A stretch of 44,188 nt of DNA. It comes from Candidatus Nanoarchaeia archaeon (GTDB lineage Archaea > Thermoproteota > Bathyarchaeia > Bathyarchaeales > Bathycorpusculaceae). This document shows positions 1 to 7,877 of the stretch, piece after piece (position 1 is the stretch's first letter; every line of letters starts with the position of its first letter). Location of the stretch: contig DATJPJ010000080.1 in NCBI GenBank assembly GCA_035506455.1, positions 1 through 44,188 on the forward strand, in the 5' to 3' direction. The position numbers and the translations under genes are program-made. The notes under the pieces were generated by a model, which worked only from the letters and a program-made list of their open reading frames with translations, made no database searches and had not been told where the DNA came from.

Positions 1-109
1 TGCGAGAGAGAGGCGGCGATTACCATTCTTTGAGTGTAGCTTTTCGACGGAGGCGCACAAACTTCGCCCCGCAGCGTTTCAGTTTTTTTAATGGTTACTT
101 CAGTCAAGG

Positions 110-985
110 TTAAGTTACCACGCTGGCTTTCTCCAAGTTAAATTGGGCTTGCATGATTCTGCCTTCATAACTTTGTAGAGCGGTTTTCACTTGGTCAATT
201 TTTTCATCAGAAACCACGGCGGTTACCGCCGGTCCTTTACCGCACAATCCTGCCGCCAAAGCTCCAGCCCCAAGGGCGTCAAGTGCCACAGAAGGGTTAA
301 ACCCAAGGGCGGATGAGTAAAGCAACCCGTTGAGCGAAAGGGCTGTCCAGAAGTTTGCGTGAACTGCTTCTCGGAAAGCAAGTTTCACTAGAGGCGCTAC
401 AGTTCGGATTCTGTTCAGGTCCGAATTTGCTGAGTACTCTTTTTTTGAGGGAATATGAAACAGAACTGAAAGTCCCTCAGGTAATGAAATACGCATCATT
501 AATTTTCTCTTTGTGTTGTCTGTTACGACGAGCCCCCCAAAGTAAGATGCACATGCGTCGTCAAAGGCGCCCGTTACAGTTACTTTCGCGTCAAACGCGG
601 CGTCCACTCCTATGTTAACCAATTCGTAATCGTCAAGTTCTTCGCCGAGGGCGGCCAAGGTTGCTAGTGAGACAGCGTTTGCGGCTACGCTGCTGCTTTT
701 TAGGCCTCGGGCGATGGGTATGCTTGATTGTGTTTTCACTTTTGCGCCAAATTTTTTTTCGGCTTTGAAACGTTTGAGAACGTGAGTTACTGTTTTCTCG
801 ATTAACAAGGTGTTTTCGGAGGGGTCGGAGGTTATTTCGCCGCTGATGATGCCTGGTTCGTCGGTGAGTTTGACTTCTGCTTTTGTCCAAAGATCTACTC
901 CAAAAGCGGCGCCTTCTCCAGTTGCCATGGCGTTTATGATTGTTGCTGCGCCGTGCGCGATAGCTTCGGCTCTTTTAGTCGTCAT
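110..985 (-). CDS. shikimate kinase, archaeal GHMP-kinase type
   Basis: 291-aa ORF. It has a GHMP-like motif ARGLKSSSVAANAV and an N-terminus AHGAATIINAMATGEGAAFGVDL typical of archaeal MJ1440-type shikimate kinases. Its start overlaps the aroE stop by 11 nt, so it is the last recognisable gene of the aro operon. Confidence 0.8.
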   Translation of the reverse strand: MTTKRAEAIAHGAATIINAMATGEGAAFGVDLWTKAEVKLTDEPGIISGEITSDPSENTLLIEKTVTHVLKRFKAEKKFGAKVKTQSSIPIARGLKSSSVAANAVSLATLAALGEELDDYELVNIGVDAAFDAKVTVTGAFDDACASYFGGLVVTDNTKRKLMMRISLPEGLSVLFHIPSKKEYSANSDLNRIRTVAPLVKLAFREAVHANFWTALSLNGLLYSSALGFNPSVALDALGAGALAAGLCGKGPAVTAVVSDEKIDQVKTALQSYEGRIMQAQFNLEKASVVT

Positions 986-1850
986 GTTTTTTCGCCTGTG
1001 TTTTTAGTTGGTTTAACGCTGCCTTTCTCATAACTTCTATGGGTGCAGCTTTGCCTGTCCAGATTTCAAATGATGCGGCGCCTTGGTGAATAAGCATCTC
1101 CACGCCGCTGATGACTCTTGCGCCTGCTGCTTTCGCATCTTTGGTGAGCCTTGTTTCTAACGGGTTGTAGATGATGTCCATGACTGTGAGGTTTGGCTTG
1201 AACCAGGCGGGTTCGACTAAGGTTTGTTTCTCGTTGGGATGCATGCCTGCGCTGGTTGCGTTGATAAGTACATCCGCGTCGTTAAGGTTTTGTGTGATGT
1301 TGGTTTGAGAGAGCGTGGCGGTTGTGACTTTTGTCTGGAACTTTTTGGTCAGTATCTCTGCTAATTCGTTATTTTTTTCGGGTGTTCGGCTTAGAATAAC
1401 AAGTTCTTTTGCTTCTCGCGCAAGTGCTAACGCGATGGCTCGGGCTGCGCCTCCTGCTCCGAGCAATACGAGTTTCTTTTCTGATAGGTTGACTTTGTTC
1501 TCTTCGAGGGCTCGGTGAATGCCTGCGCCGTCGGTGCTGAAGCCTCGGAGTTTGCCGTTTTCGTTTTGTATGGTGTTGACTGAGTCTAGTAGTTTGGCTG
1601 TTTCGTCTATTTCGTCTAGGTATGGGATAACGGTGTTTTTGTTTGGCATGGTTACGTTTAGGCCTCTGATGCCTAGGCTGCGCATGCCTTGTATTGCGTG
1701 TTCTACTTGGGTTGTGGCTACTTTGAATGCTACAAAGAGTGCGTCGATGTTTAGTGCTTGAAAAGCTGCGTTTTGTATGGCGGGGCTTAAGGTGTGCTCT
1801 ATGGGGTCGCCTATGACTGCGTAAAGTTGTGTTTTTCCGGAGATTGTCAT
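975..1850 (-). CDS. aroE: shikimate 5-dehydrogenase
   Basis: The N-terminus LYAVIGDPIEHTLSPAIQNAAF and the Rossmann segment VLLGAGGAARAIALAL are classic AroE signatures. The gene is tightly packed between aroD and the shikimate kinase. Confidence 0.9.
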   Translation of the reverse strand: MTISGKTQLYAVIGDPIEHTLSPAIQNAAFQALNIDALFVAFKVATTQVEHAIQGMRSLGIRGLNVTMPNKNTVIPYLDEIDETAKLLDSVNTIQNENGKLRGFSTDGAGIHRALEENKVNLSEKKLVLLGAGGAARAIALALAREAKELVILSRTPEKNNELAEILTKKFQTKVTTATLSQTNITQNLNDADVLINATSAGMHPNEKQTLVEPAWFKPNLTVMDIIYNPLETRLTKDAKAAGARVISGVEMLIHQGAASFEIWTGKAAPIEVMRKAALNQLKTQAKKHDD

Positions 1851-1852
1851 CG

Positions 1853-2515
1853 TTATTTGATTTCTAGTAGTTCGTAGGCGGTGCGCATTTCCTGCACTGT
1901 CATCTGTCCCGGGGCGGTTTCACTGCCGTGTTCGAGGGCGGCAAACGTGAAGAAGCTTCCGAACATTGGTGATAGGAGTCTGCTGACTCTGCCTAATGCG
2001 CCCATGGCGAAGCATACGGGTTTTTTTCTGATGGGGGCGTCTTTGATGAATTGGAGTAGGGTGAGGTTGTCTTCGACTGTTTGGGCGGTTGTTACGATTT
2101 TGCATACGTCTGCGCCGCTTGAGACTTCTCTTTCGAGGATTCGGTTAAGTTCTTGGAGTGTGGGTGTTTTGTAGATGTCGTGTGAGGAGACTATGCATTT
2201 TGCGCCTGAGGTTTTGGCTTGGTTGACGAAGTTTTGAAGTTTTGGGCTTTGCAGTTCTGTATCTACGTATTTGAATCCTGATTTTGCGGCGGATAGTAGC
2301 ATGTTTTGTCGGTCTGCTTCTGGTCGTTTTGATCTGTCGGCAGCGATTAAGGGGGTTTTGATGTGTGCTGTTAGGTCTTCTAATCTCACGTTTCTCTGGA
2401 GGAGGTCGAGTCTGACTTCAACAAAGTCGACGTGGAGTTCTTCCGCTTTTTTGATTAGCGCTTGGGCTTCAGTGGTGGTCTTTGGCTGAAGCGAGGCGCA
2501 AATTCGGATGGTCAT
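1853..2515 (-). CDS. aroD: 3-dehydroquinate dehydratase, type I
   Basis: 220 aa. VDFVEVRLDLL is followed by a K-containing TIM-barrel pattern typical of type I DHQase. The start overlaps the upstream gene's stop by 4 nt. Confidence 0.85.
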   Translation of the reverse strand: MTIRICASLQPKTTTEAQALIKKAEELHVDFVEVRLDLLQRNVRLEDLTAHIKTPLIAADRSKRPEADRQNMLLSAAKSGFKYVDTELQSPKLQNFVNQAKTSGAKCIVSSHDIYKTPTLQELNRILEREVSSGADVCKIVTTAQTVEDNLTLLQFIKDAPIRKKPVCFAMGALGRVSRLLSPMFGSFFTFAALEHGSETAPGQMTVQEMRTAYELLEIK

Positions 2516-3546
2516 CGTTCAATCACCTTTTCTTCTGGCACTGATATGCCGAAGTGTCTGCCGCCTTTCGCGGTTATGTGTACTAAGACTTCATCATCTT
2601 TTTTTAGGGCTGTTACTGGGATGGATTCTTTTGGCGTGACTAGGCGGATGGTTTCTGCGTTTTGTAGGATAGTTTTGATTTTTCTGCCTTCCACTTCTGC
2701 TTCGATTAGTAGTAGTGGTCGCATTTCGGTTTTTGTTCGTCCTACATTTGTTTTGTGGACTTTGCCTTCGCGGTTGACTATGAGAACTTCGTCGCCTGCT
2801 TTTAGTTCGGAGAGGTATTGGGTGTTTTGTTGAGCGCCTAGTGTGTACATTGATAGTGGGCCGGCGTTTATTCGGAATGGTCGTGAAGCCACGTAGGGAT
2901 TCTCGTGGACTTCGGCTTCGACTAGGAATAAGCCTGCGCTTTGTGAGCCTACGAGCATGCCTTCGCCGACTTCCATGAGGTCGCATGTGTCGACGCAAAC
3001 TCGTGCGCCTGTGCCGATTTGGCTTATTGTTAAGATCTTGGCTGGGATGAGTGGGATTTTTGGGATTTGTCGTTTTACGACTGCTGCCGTTTTGGCGAGT
3101 TCGTCTGCGTTGCCGGTCTTGAGTAGGACGCCGTCTGTGCCTAATTCTAGTGTTTCTAGGACGAGTTGGGCGTCTTGGGCGTTTGTGACTTCGGCTATGA
3201 GTTTGCTTTTGCCGCTGATTCGGGCGATGAGGTTTTCTAGTGGTATGACTCGCCAGTCTAGGCAGTTTATGACTATGTAGTCGATGCCGAGTTCGGCGGC
3301 TTGAACTGCTGCGTTTTCGTCTTCTTTGCCTTGTATGGTGATTTTTAGGGCGGCCGGTTTTGTTTGGCGTTTCAGTTCTTTGATTGTTTCTTCGTCGAGT
3401 TTGTCGAGTAATGTGATTTCTTGTTTGCTCGACGTTATCGTTATTCTTTTTCTTTCTATGGTTGCGTTGCTGAGTTCTGTGGCAAGTCTGCTAAGTTTGT
3501 CTTTTTCTGCAGAGTTCTTGTCGATTTGAACCCAGAGTTCCTTCAA
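2512..3546 (-). CDS. 3-dehydroquinate synthase II (archaeal AroB', MJ1249 family)
   Basis: 344 aa, with length and sequence character matching the archaeal DHQ synthase II family. It sits between the ADH synthase and aroD, and both junctions overlap by 4 nt. Confidence 0.8.
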   Translation of the reverse strand: MKELWVQIDKNSAEKDKLSRLATELSNATIERKRITITSSKQEITLLDKLDEETIKELKRQTKPAALKITIQGKEDENAAVQAAELGIDYIVINCLDWRVIPLENLIARISGKSKLIAEVTNAQDAQLVLETLELGTDGVLLKTGNADELAKTAAVVKRQIPKIPLIPAKILTISQIGTGARVCVDTCDLMEVGEGMLVGSQSAGLFLVEAEVHENPYVASRPFRINAGPLSMYTLGAQQNTQYLSELKAGDEVLIVNREGKVHKTNVGRTKTEMRPLLLIEAEVEGRKIKTILQNAETIRLVTPKESIPVTALKKDDEVLVHITAKGGRHFGISVPEEKVIER

Positions 3547-4334
3547 GGGGCGCCACCTAGAATTTTCAGCGCTGCTTCCACGGATGCGCCGTCGTGAACG
3601 ATGGCGGATAGCGCTTTGATCATCACGGTTTGGTTTTCGTGTTGAAACACGTTTCGTCCAATTGATAGACCTGCGCTACCTGCCTTGAGTGCTTCTGTGG
3701 TCATTTCTAGTGTGTCTTTGGCGGTTTTGGCTTTTGGTCCGCCGGCGATGACGATGGGAACGGGGCAGCATTCAACGACGTTTTTGAAGGTGTTGATGTC
3801 GCCTGTGTAGTTGGTTTTGACGATGTCTGCTCCGAGTTCTGCGCCTAGTCGGGCTGCGTGTGCGACCACGTCGGGTGCGTGTTCGTTTGTTATTTTTGGT
3901 CCTCGGGGGTACATCATGGCTAGTAGGGGCATGCCGTATACTTCGCATTCGTCGGCTACTTTTCCTAGCATCGTTAACATTTTGTCTTCGTCTTGGGCGC
4001 CTACGTTGATGTGTACTGAGACTCCGTCTGCTCCTAGTCTGACGGCTTCTTGGATGCTGCAGACTTGGACTTTGTTGTTGGGGTTTGGGCTTAGGTTTGA
4101 GGCGCCTGAAAGCATGACTATTAGCCCTGTGTTTGAGCAGTTAACGTGTTTTGCGATGCCTTTGTGTACGAGGATAGCGTCGGCTTTTCCTTTGATGAGG
4201 TTGTTGATGGTTTGCTGCATGTTTTCGATGCCCATGCATGGTCCGATGGTGACTCCGTGGTCCATGGGTACGATGACTGTTCGGTTGTCTGATTGGAATA
4301 TTCTTGTTAGTCGTCGTTTTTTGCCTTGGTTCAT
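3543..4334 (-). CDS. 2-amino-3,7-dideoxy-D-threo-hept-6-ulosonate (ADH) synthase, AroA' (DhnA-type class I aldolase fold)
   Basis: 263 aa. RTVIVPMDHGVTIGP and VKTNYTG/IAGGPK motifs match the DhnA/MJ0400 aldolase family. It lies directly upstream of AroB'. Confidence 0.8.
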   Translation of the reverse strand: MNQGKKRRLTRIFQSDNRTVIVPMDHGVTIGPCMGIENMQQTINNLIKGKADAILVHKGIAKHVNCSNTGLIVMLSGASNLSPNPNNKVQVCSIQEAVRLGADGVSVHINVGAQDEDKMLTMLGKVADECEVYGMPLLAMMYPRGPKITNEHAPDVVAHAARLGAELGADIVKTNYTGDINTFKNVVECCPVPIVIAGGPKAKTAKDTLEMTTEALKAGSAGLSIGRNVFQHENQTVMIKALSAIVHDGASVEAALKILGGAP

Positions 4335-4336
4335 GT

Positions 4337-5581
4337 TTATTTGCTCCTTAATGATTTGTCGACGAGGTCGAGCGCTTTTTCGCGTTGGTTCCAGTCCACA
4401 AAAAGCAGGATGCTTGAGGTGATGGTTAGGATACCGCTGATGTTTATGCCGTTGAGCCTCAAGACTTCACTTATTTTTCCGATGATACCTTGCGTTTCCT
4501 CTAACCCGACTCCACGGATTTTGAGGAATGCCAGGTCTTTCTTGACGGCCATGGCTTGGGTTTCGGGGTTTTGCAAAAGGGTTTCGTGGATTTCGCCGAA
4601 GAGGGTGTCGTTTGGTTTTTCGGCTGACACGTAGAGGATTGCTGAGTCTGTGTTCATGGATAATCCTAGAAGTTCGGTGTGTGCTTTGGTTTTGGTTACT
4701 AGGTCCGTTATGATTTTTGGGTTGTCCGAGACGCGGTGTCCCACTATTGTGATTTCGTTCACGGGGTTTGGGTGGGCTATTTCTGCGCCTAGTTCTGTGG
4801 CTAGTGCGCCTGTGATTACTGTGCCTTCTTTGGTTAGGTCTCCGTGTGCGCTGTTTATGACTCGTACGTTCACGGATTTGGGTTTGTATTTTAGGGCTTT
4901 GCTGTGGATGAATTTTGCTCCTGAATCTGCTAAGCCGACGAGGGTGCTGACGTCGATTTCTTTGAGTCTTTTTGGGTTAGGGATTAGTTTGGGGTCGGCG
5001 GACATGATGCCGTCGGCGTCGGTTACCAGTACGACTTCGTCTGCGTTTAGTGCTTCGGCGAGGATGAATGCGGTTGTGTCGCTTCCGCCTCGTCCTAATG
5101 TGGTGACTTTGCCTTCTGTGGTTCTGCCTATGAATCCGGCGATTACTGGTACAATGCCTTTCTCGACGACGGGAAGCACGGACTGTTGGATGCGGTTTTT
5201 GCATTCTTGTCGCATTGGGTTTGCGTTGGAGAAGCATGCGTCTGTGATGATGGGCCAGTCCTCGTCGATTGGGTCGAAGTATCGTGACTCTACGCCGCTG
5301 GTTCTCAAGGCGGCGGAGAATATGCGAACGCTGGTGCGTTCCCCCATTGATAGGATGTCGTCTAGCTCGTGTTTTTCGAGTTTTCCGTTTGAGCTGTTTT
5401 TGGCGGTGCTCATGAGGACATCTGTGGTTTTGCCCATGGCTGAAACGACGACTGCTATGTGCGTGCCTTTCCTTGCTTCGTTAGCTACTGCAGCTACCGC
5501 TCTTGAAAGCCTTTCGTGATCGGCAAGGCTAGAACCGCCGAATTTAACCACGATTTTTTTGGAAGATTTTTCATTTTTCAT
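4337..5581 (-). CDS. aspartate kinase
   Basis: 414 aa. It has KIVVKFGGSSLAD at the N-terminus, the GRGGSDTTA motif and a C-terminal ACT-like region. Its stop lies 2 nt from the AroA' start. Confidence 0.9.
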   Translation of the reverse strand: MKNEKSSKKIVVKFGGSSLADHERLSRAVAAVANEARKGTHIAVVVSAMGKTTDVLMSTAKNSSNGKLEKHELDDILSMGERTSVRIFSAALRTSGVESRYFDPIDEDWPIITDACFSNANPMRQECKNRIQQSVLPVVEKGIVPVIAGFIGRTTEGKVTTLGRGGSDTTAFILAEALNADEVVLVTDADGIMSADPKLIPNPKRLKEIDVSTLVGLADSGAKFIHSKALKYKPKSVNVRVINSAHGDLTKEGTVITGALATELGAEIAHPNPVNEITIVGHRVSDNPKIITDLVTKTKAHTELLGLSMNTDSAILYVSAEKPNDTLFGEIHETLLQNPETQAMAVKKDLAFLKIRGVGLEETQGIIGKISEVLRLNGINISGILTITSSILLFVDWNQREKALDLVDKSLRSK

Positions 5582-5593
5582 AAGCCATCGCCC

Positions 5594-5629
5594 GCCCAGA
5601 ACTTTTCTCAGAATCCTCGTGTTCTGGGC
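5594..5629 (-). promoter_or_regulatory. leader hairpin, 9-bp stem GCCCAGAAC/GTTCTGGGC with an 18-nt loop, 12 nt upstream of the aspartate kinase ATG
   Basis: Perfect inverted repeat read directly at 5594-5602 and 5621-5629. Its function is unknown. Confidence 0.3.
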
Positions 5630-5871
5630 TTAGTTAAACGAATAATAAAAGCTGTATTCGAAGCTATAGAATCGTGAAAATGAGCCGTTGTCCTGAAGCC
5701 ACGAGTCCATCATTATTAGCCTCGAACCTGTCAATTCATGACATCGTTTTGAAATAAAAGCATTTCGGAGTGTGTGTCTTTAAACTTCTTTGAGGGATGT
5801 GGAATGGTTGGGCGGTTTTTCTCTTTTTTGTATGGATAAGGCGTCGTCGTTTAAACTAAATCGAGAGCGTT

Positions 5872-6555
5872 TTATTGGTTGTTTTGCTTGTTTCTGCCTC
5901 TGATAACTAAGGTTACTGCGATGGCGGCTATGATGACGCCGGACACTGCGGTTATCAGTAATGCGGTTTGAACCCAGTTGTTGCTTTGGCTGTTTGGTGT
6001 TGTTCCGGTTGATGTTGTGGGTGTGTAAACTGCGTAGATGCTGAGGTCTTCGCTGGAGTTTGTGGTTGCTTGGGTAAATGTGGTTGGTGGTTCTGAAGCT
6101 GATGAGGTGTAAATTGCTTTGCCAGTTACGTTTGATGCATAATAGTATGTGCCTGCGCTTGAAAGTGAAATTCCTAGCCAGTATGTTGTGTTCGGCTTTC
6201 CTACGTATGAGACGTCGAAGCTTACCCATCTGCCCGAAGTTCCATCTAAGTTGACTTCGCTGCTCTGCGTTAGCAGTGCATCTGGGGCTCCGTTGAGGTC
6301 GGAGTAGATTACTGCTTTGGCTGTGGTTCCCCCTGTTGTTAAGTAGACGTTGATTTGTGTTATGTTTCCCAGATCGGCTGGGCCTGTGAAATTGGAGACA
6401 AAAACGCCGCCGAAGGTTGATTGGTTTGAGTCTCCGATGCTAACGAGTCCGAAACTTGACGAAGTTGCGTATGTAGTTGGAAGTGCTGTAGTCAGCATTA
6501 GGAATGTCACTGCGAAATAGAGTATCATTGTGGTTTTTGTTTTGTTTAGTTTCAT
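5872..6555 (-). CDS. exported protein with signal peptide, T/S/P stalk and C-terminal TM anchor
   Basis: The track ORF starts at GTG 6564. The ATG at 6555 has GGTGA 5 nt upstream. The N-terminal hydrophobic signal ends in TTYA. The C-terminus is TPNSQSNNW, a hydrophobic helix, then RGRNKQNNQ. Confidence 0.75.
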   Translation of the reverse strand: MKLNKTKTTMILYFAVTFLMLTTALPTTYATSSSFGLVSIGDSNQSTFGGVFVSNFTGPADLGNITQINVYLTTGGTTAKAVIYSDLNGAPDALLTQSSEVNLDGTSGRWVSFDVSYVGKPNTTYWLGISLSSAGTYYYASNVTGKAIYTSSASEPPTTFTQATTNSSEDLSIYAVYTPTTSTGTTPNSQSNNWVQTALLITAVSGVIIAAIAVTLVIRGRNKQNNQ

Positions 6556-6723
6556 GGGGTTCACCGATTTAGCTTTCTTACGCGTTTTTGTGCTTTAAGT
6601 CTTTACGAAGCTTATGTGAGTTTTGTTGCTTTGAATGGTTGGATGAAAATCTTGCGATTGAGTGCTGTGTTGGGCGCTGGTTTTTTGGTGTCTCGCTCTG
6701 AAACTGATCCGTTGTTGATGTGT

Positions 6724-7434
6724 TCATTGTTTTTCGGGGTCAACTTTGATTATTTGCTGAATCTTGCCCCAAGTTCCGACGCATCCTTTGTAGAGTATAA
6801 GCGCGCCTTCCACGCCAACAATCGTTTTCGCTGTTGCTATGCCTTTTTCTATGGTTGCGTTCACGTCTTCGCCCTTGACTGTGTTTCCGACCGCTGTTGC
6901 TGCTGCGTCTGCGAGTCCTGCTTCTTTGCAGAAGACTGTTGCCGCTTCTGCGTCGCCAAAACTTAGTGCGTGGCTGAAGCGGCCTGAACTTGTGGCTAAG
7001 CCGATTGGGAATTCGGTGAGTCGAAAGCCAAATCGTTTCGATAATGGTTCATCGCCTGCTGCCACAGCTACATCGACGGGTACGTTTGAGATGGCTGAGA
7101 TTTCGCCTCCATCTTCGACGATTGCCACTTCACAACTTGCTAAAATCATGTCTTTTACGGCTAGGTCTGCTAAAACTCCGGCTACTGCTGCCATTGGTCC
7201 GACGTTGGCTTTTTCTGCTGCCTTCGCCATAAGTTTGCATACAAGTGGCTTTTGTGGGGTGGGTGTTGGTTTGAGGCTCCAGCCGAATTTTGGGTTTTTG
7301 TTAAGGTAGTTTTCGAGTAATGTGTTGTTGTGTTGTATTGATTCTTTGGCGGCTTTGAGGCCTTCTTGTTTGTCGCAGATTATGGTGCATTGGGATTGTT
7401 TGTAGGTGAAGGCTTCTTTGAATAATGGTTTCAT
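6724..7434 (-). CDS. UPF0280 / COG2122 ApbE-like protein (MA1715 family, linked to sulfide-dependent Cys/Hcy synthesis)
   Basis: The true start is the ATG at 7434 (MKPLFKEAF...). The 70-aa R/H/K-rich track extension overlaps the upstream gene and is rejected. AAVAGVLADLAV and ATSSG motifs fit UPF0280. Confidence 0.75.
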   Translation of the reverse strand: MKPLFKEAFTYKQSQCTIICDKQEGLKAAKESIQHNNTLLENYLNKNPKFGWSLKPTPTPQKPLVCKLMAKAAEKANVGPMAAVAGVLADLAVKDMILASCEVAIVEDGGEISAISNVPVDVAVAAGDEPLSKRFGFRLTEFPIGLATSSGRFSHALSFGDAEAATVFCKEAGLADAAATAVGNTVKGEDVNATIEKGIATAKTIVGVEGALILYKGCVGTWGKIQQIIKVDPEKQ

Positions 7435-7436
7435 TG

Positions 7437-7877
7437 TTAACTGCTCAGGGGACTTGGTTGGTGTGTGTGGCTGTGTGTTTCGTTTTGTTTTACTGATTTT
7501 ATTGCTCGGGCGGGGCATGCGTCTACGCATGCGCTGCATGTGCTTCCGACGCATTTTTCTTTGTTGAAATTGATGGAGAGGTCTTGGGTGGTTGTGATTG
7601 CTTCTACTGGGCAGAGTGTTATGCATGAGCCGCAGTTTATGCATTTTTCTGTGTCGACTTCGATTAGTTTTGGTAGGCTTACGGTGACGCCTTTTTTGCG
7701 GAATGCTTTTACGACTTCGTCTAGTTTTTCTGCTGGGACTTCGGCTAGGACTTCTCCGCCTTTGTTGTTGACTTGGGCGGTTATGATGTTGATGGGTACT
7801 TTTAGGTCGAGGATTATTTGTGAGACGAGGGGTTGCTCGACGGTTTTTTCTGTGAACCGTAGGAGTATTCTTACCAT
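7437..7877 (-). CDS. NIL-domain / 2x[4Fe-4S] ferredoxin fusion (MA1822 family)
   Basis: The internal ATG at 7877 gives MVRILLRFTEK..., a NIL domain. This is followed by CINCGSCITLCP and CVGSTCSACVDACP cluster motifs. It overlaps the upstream COG1900 gene's stop by 7 nt. Confidence 0.85.
   Translation of the reverse strand: MVRILLRFTEKTVEQPLVSQIILDLKVPINIITAQVNNKGGEVLAEVPAEKLDEVVKAFRKKGVTVSLPKLIEVDTEKCINCGSCITLCPVEAITTTQDLSINFNKEKCVGSTCSACVDACPARAIKSVKQNETHSHTHQPSPLSS

Noticed and set aside
1-109. Possible start of a further aro-operon gene on the minus strand (ATG at 26, MVIAASLS...).
   Set aside because: Only 8 codons are visible before the window edge. There is no SD site and too little sequence to identify it.
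633-890. Shadow ORFs with R/H/P/N/K/S-rich translations. Examples are 633-890, 1920-2105, 2594-2998, 4977-5237, 5780-6229, 7044-7232, 8328-8888 and 12443-12652, together with most 60-150-aa plus-strand ORFs lying opposite the long minus-strand genes.
   Set aside because: They lie out of frame or antisense inside well-supported genes. Their composition is low-complexity and strongly biased, and they have no SD sites or motifs.
6724-7644. N-terminal extensions of track ORFs: 6724-7644, 7437-8207, 16581-17567, 35802-36503, 38407-42495 and, in part, 7871-9529.
   Set aside because: The extensions overlap the upstream gene or a non-coding repeat and are R/H-rich or otherwise atypical. In each case an internal ATG with a GGTGA/GGAG site gives an N-terminus that matches the family or a proper signal peptide.
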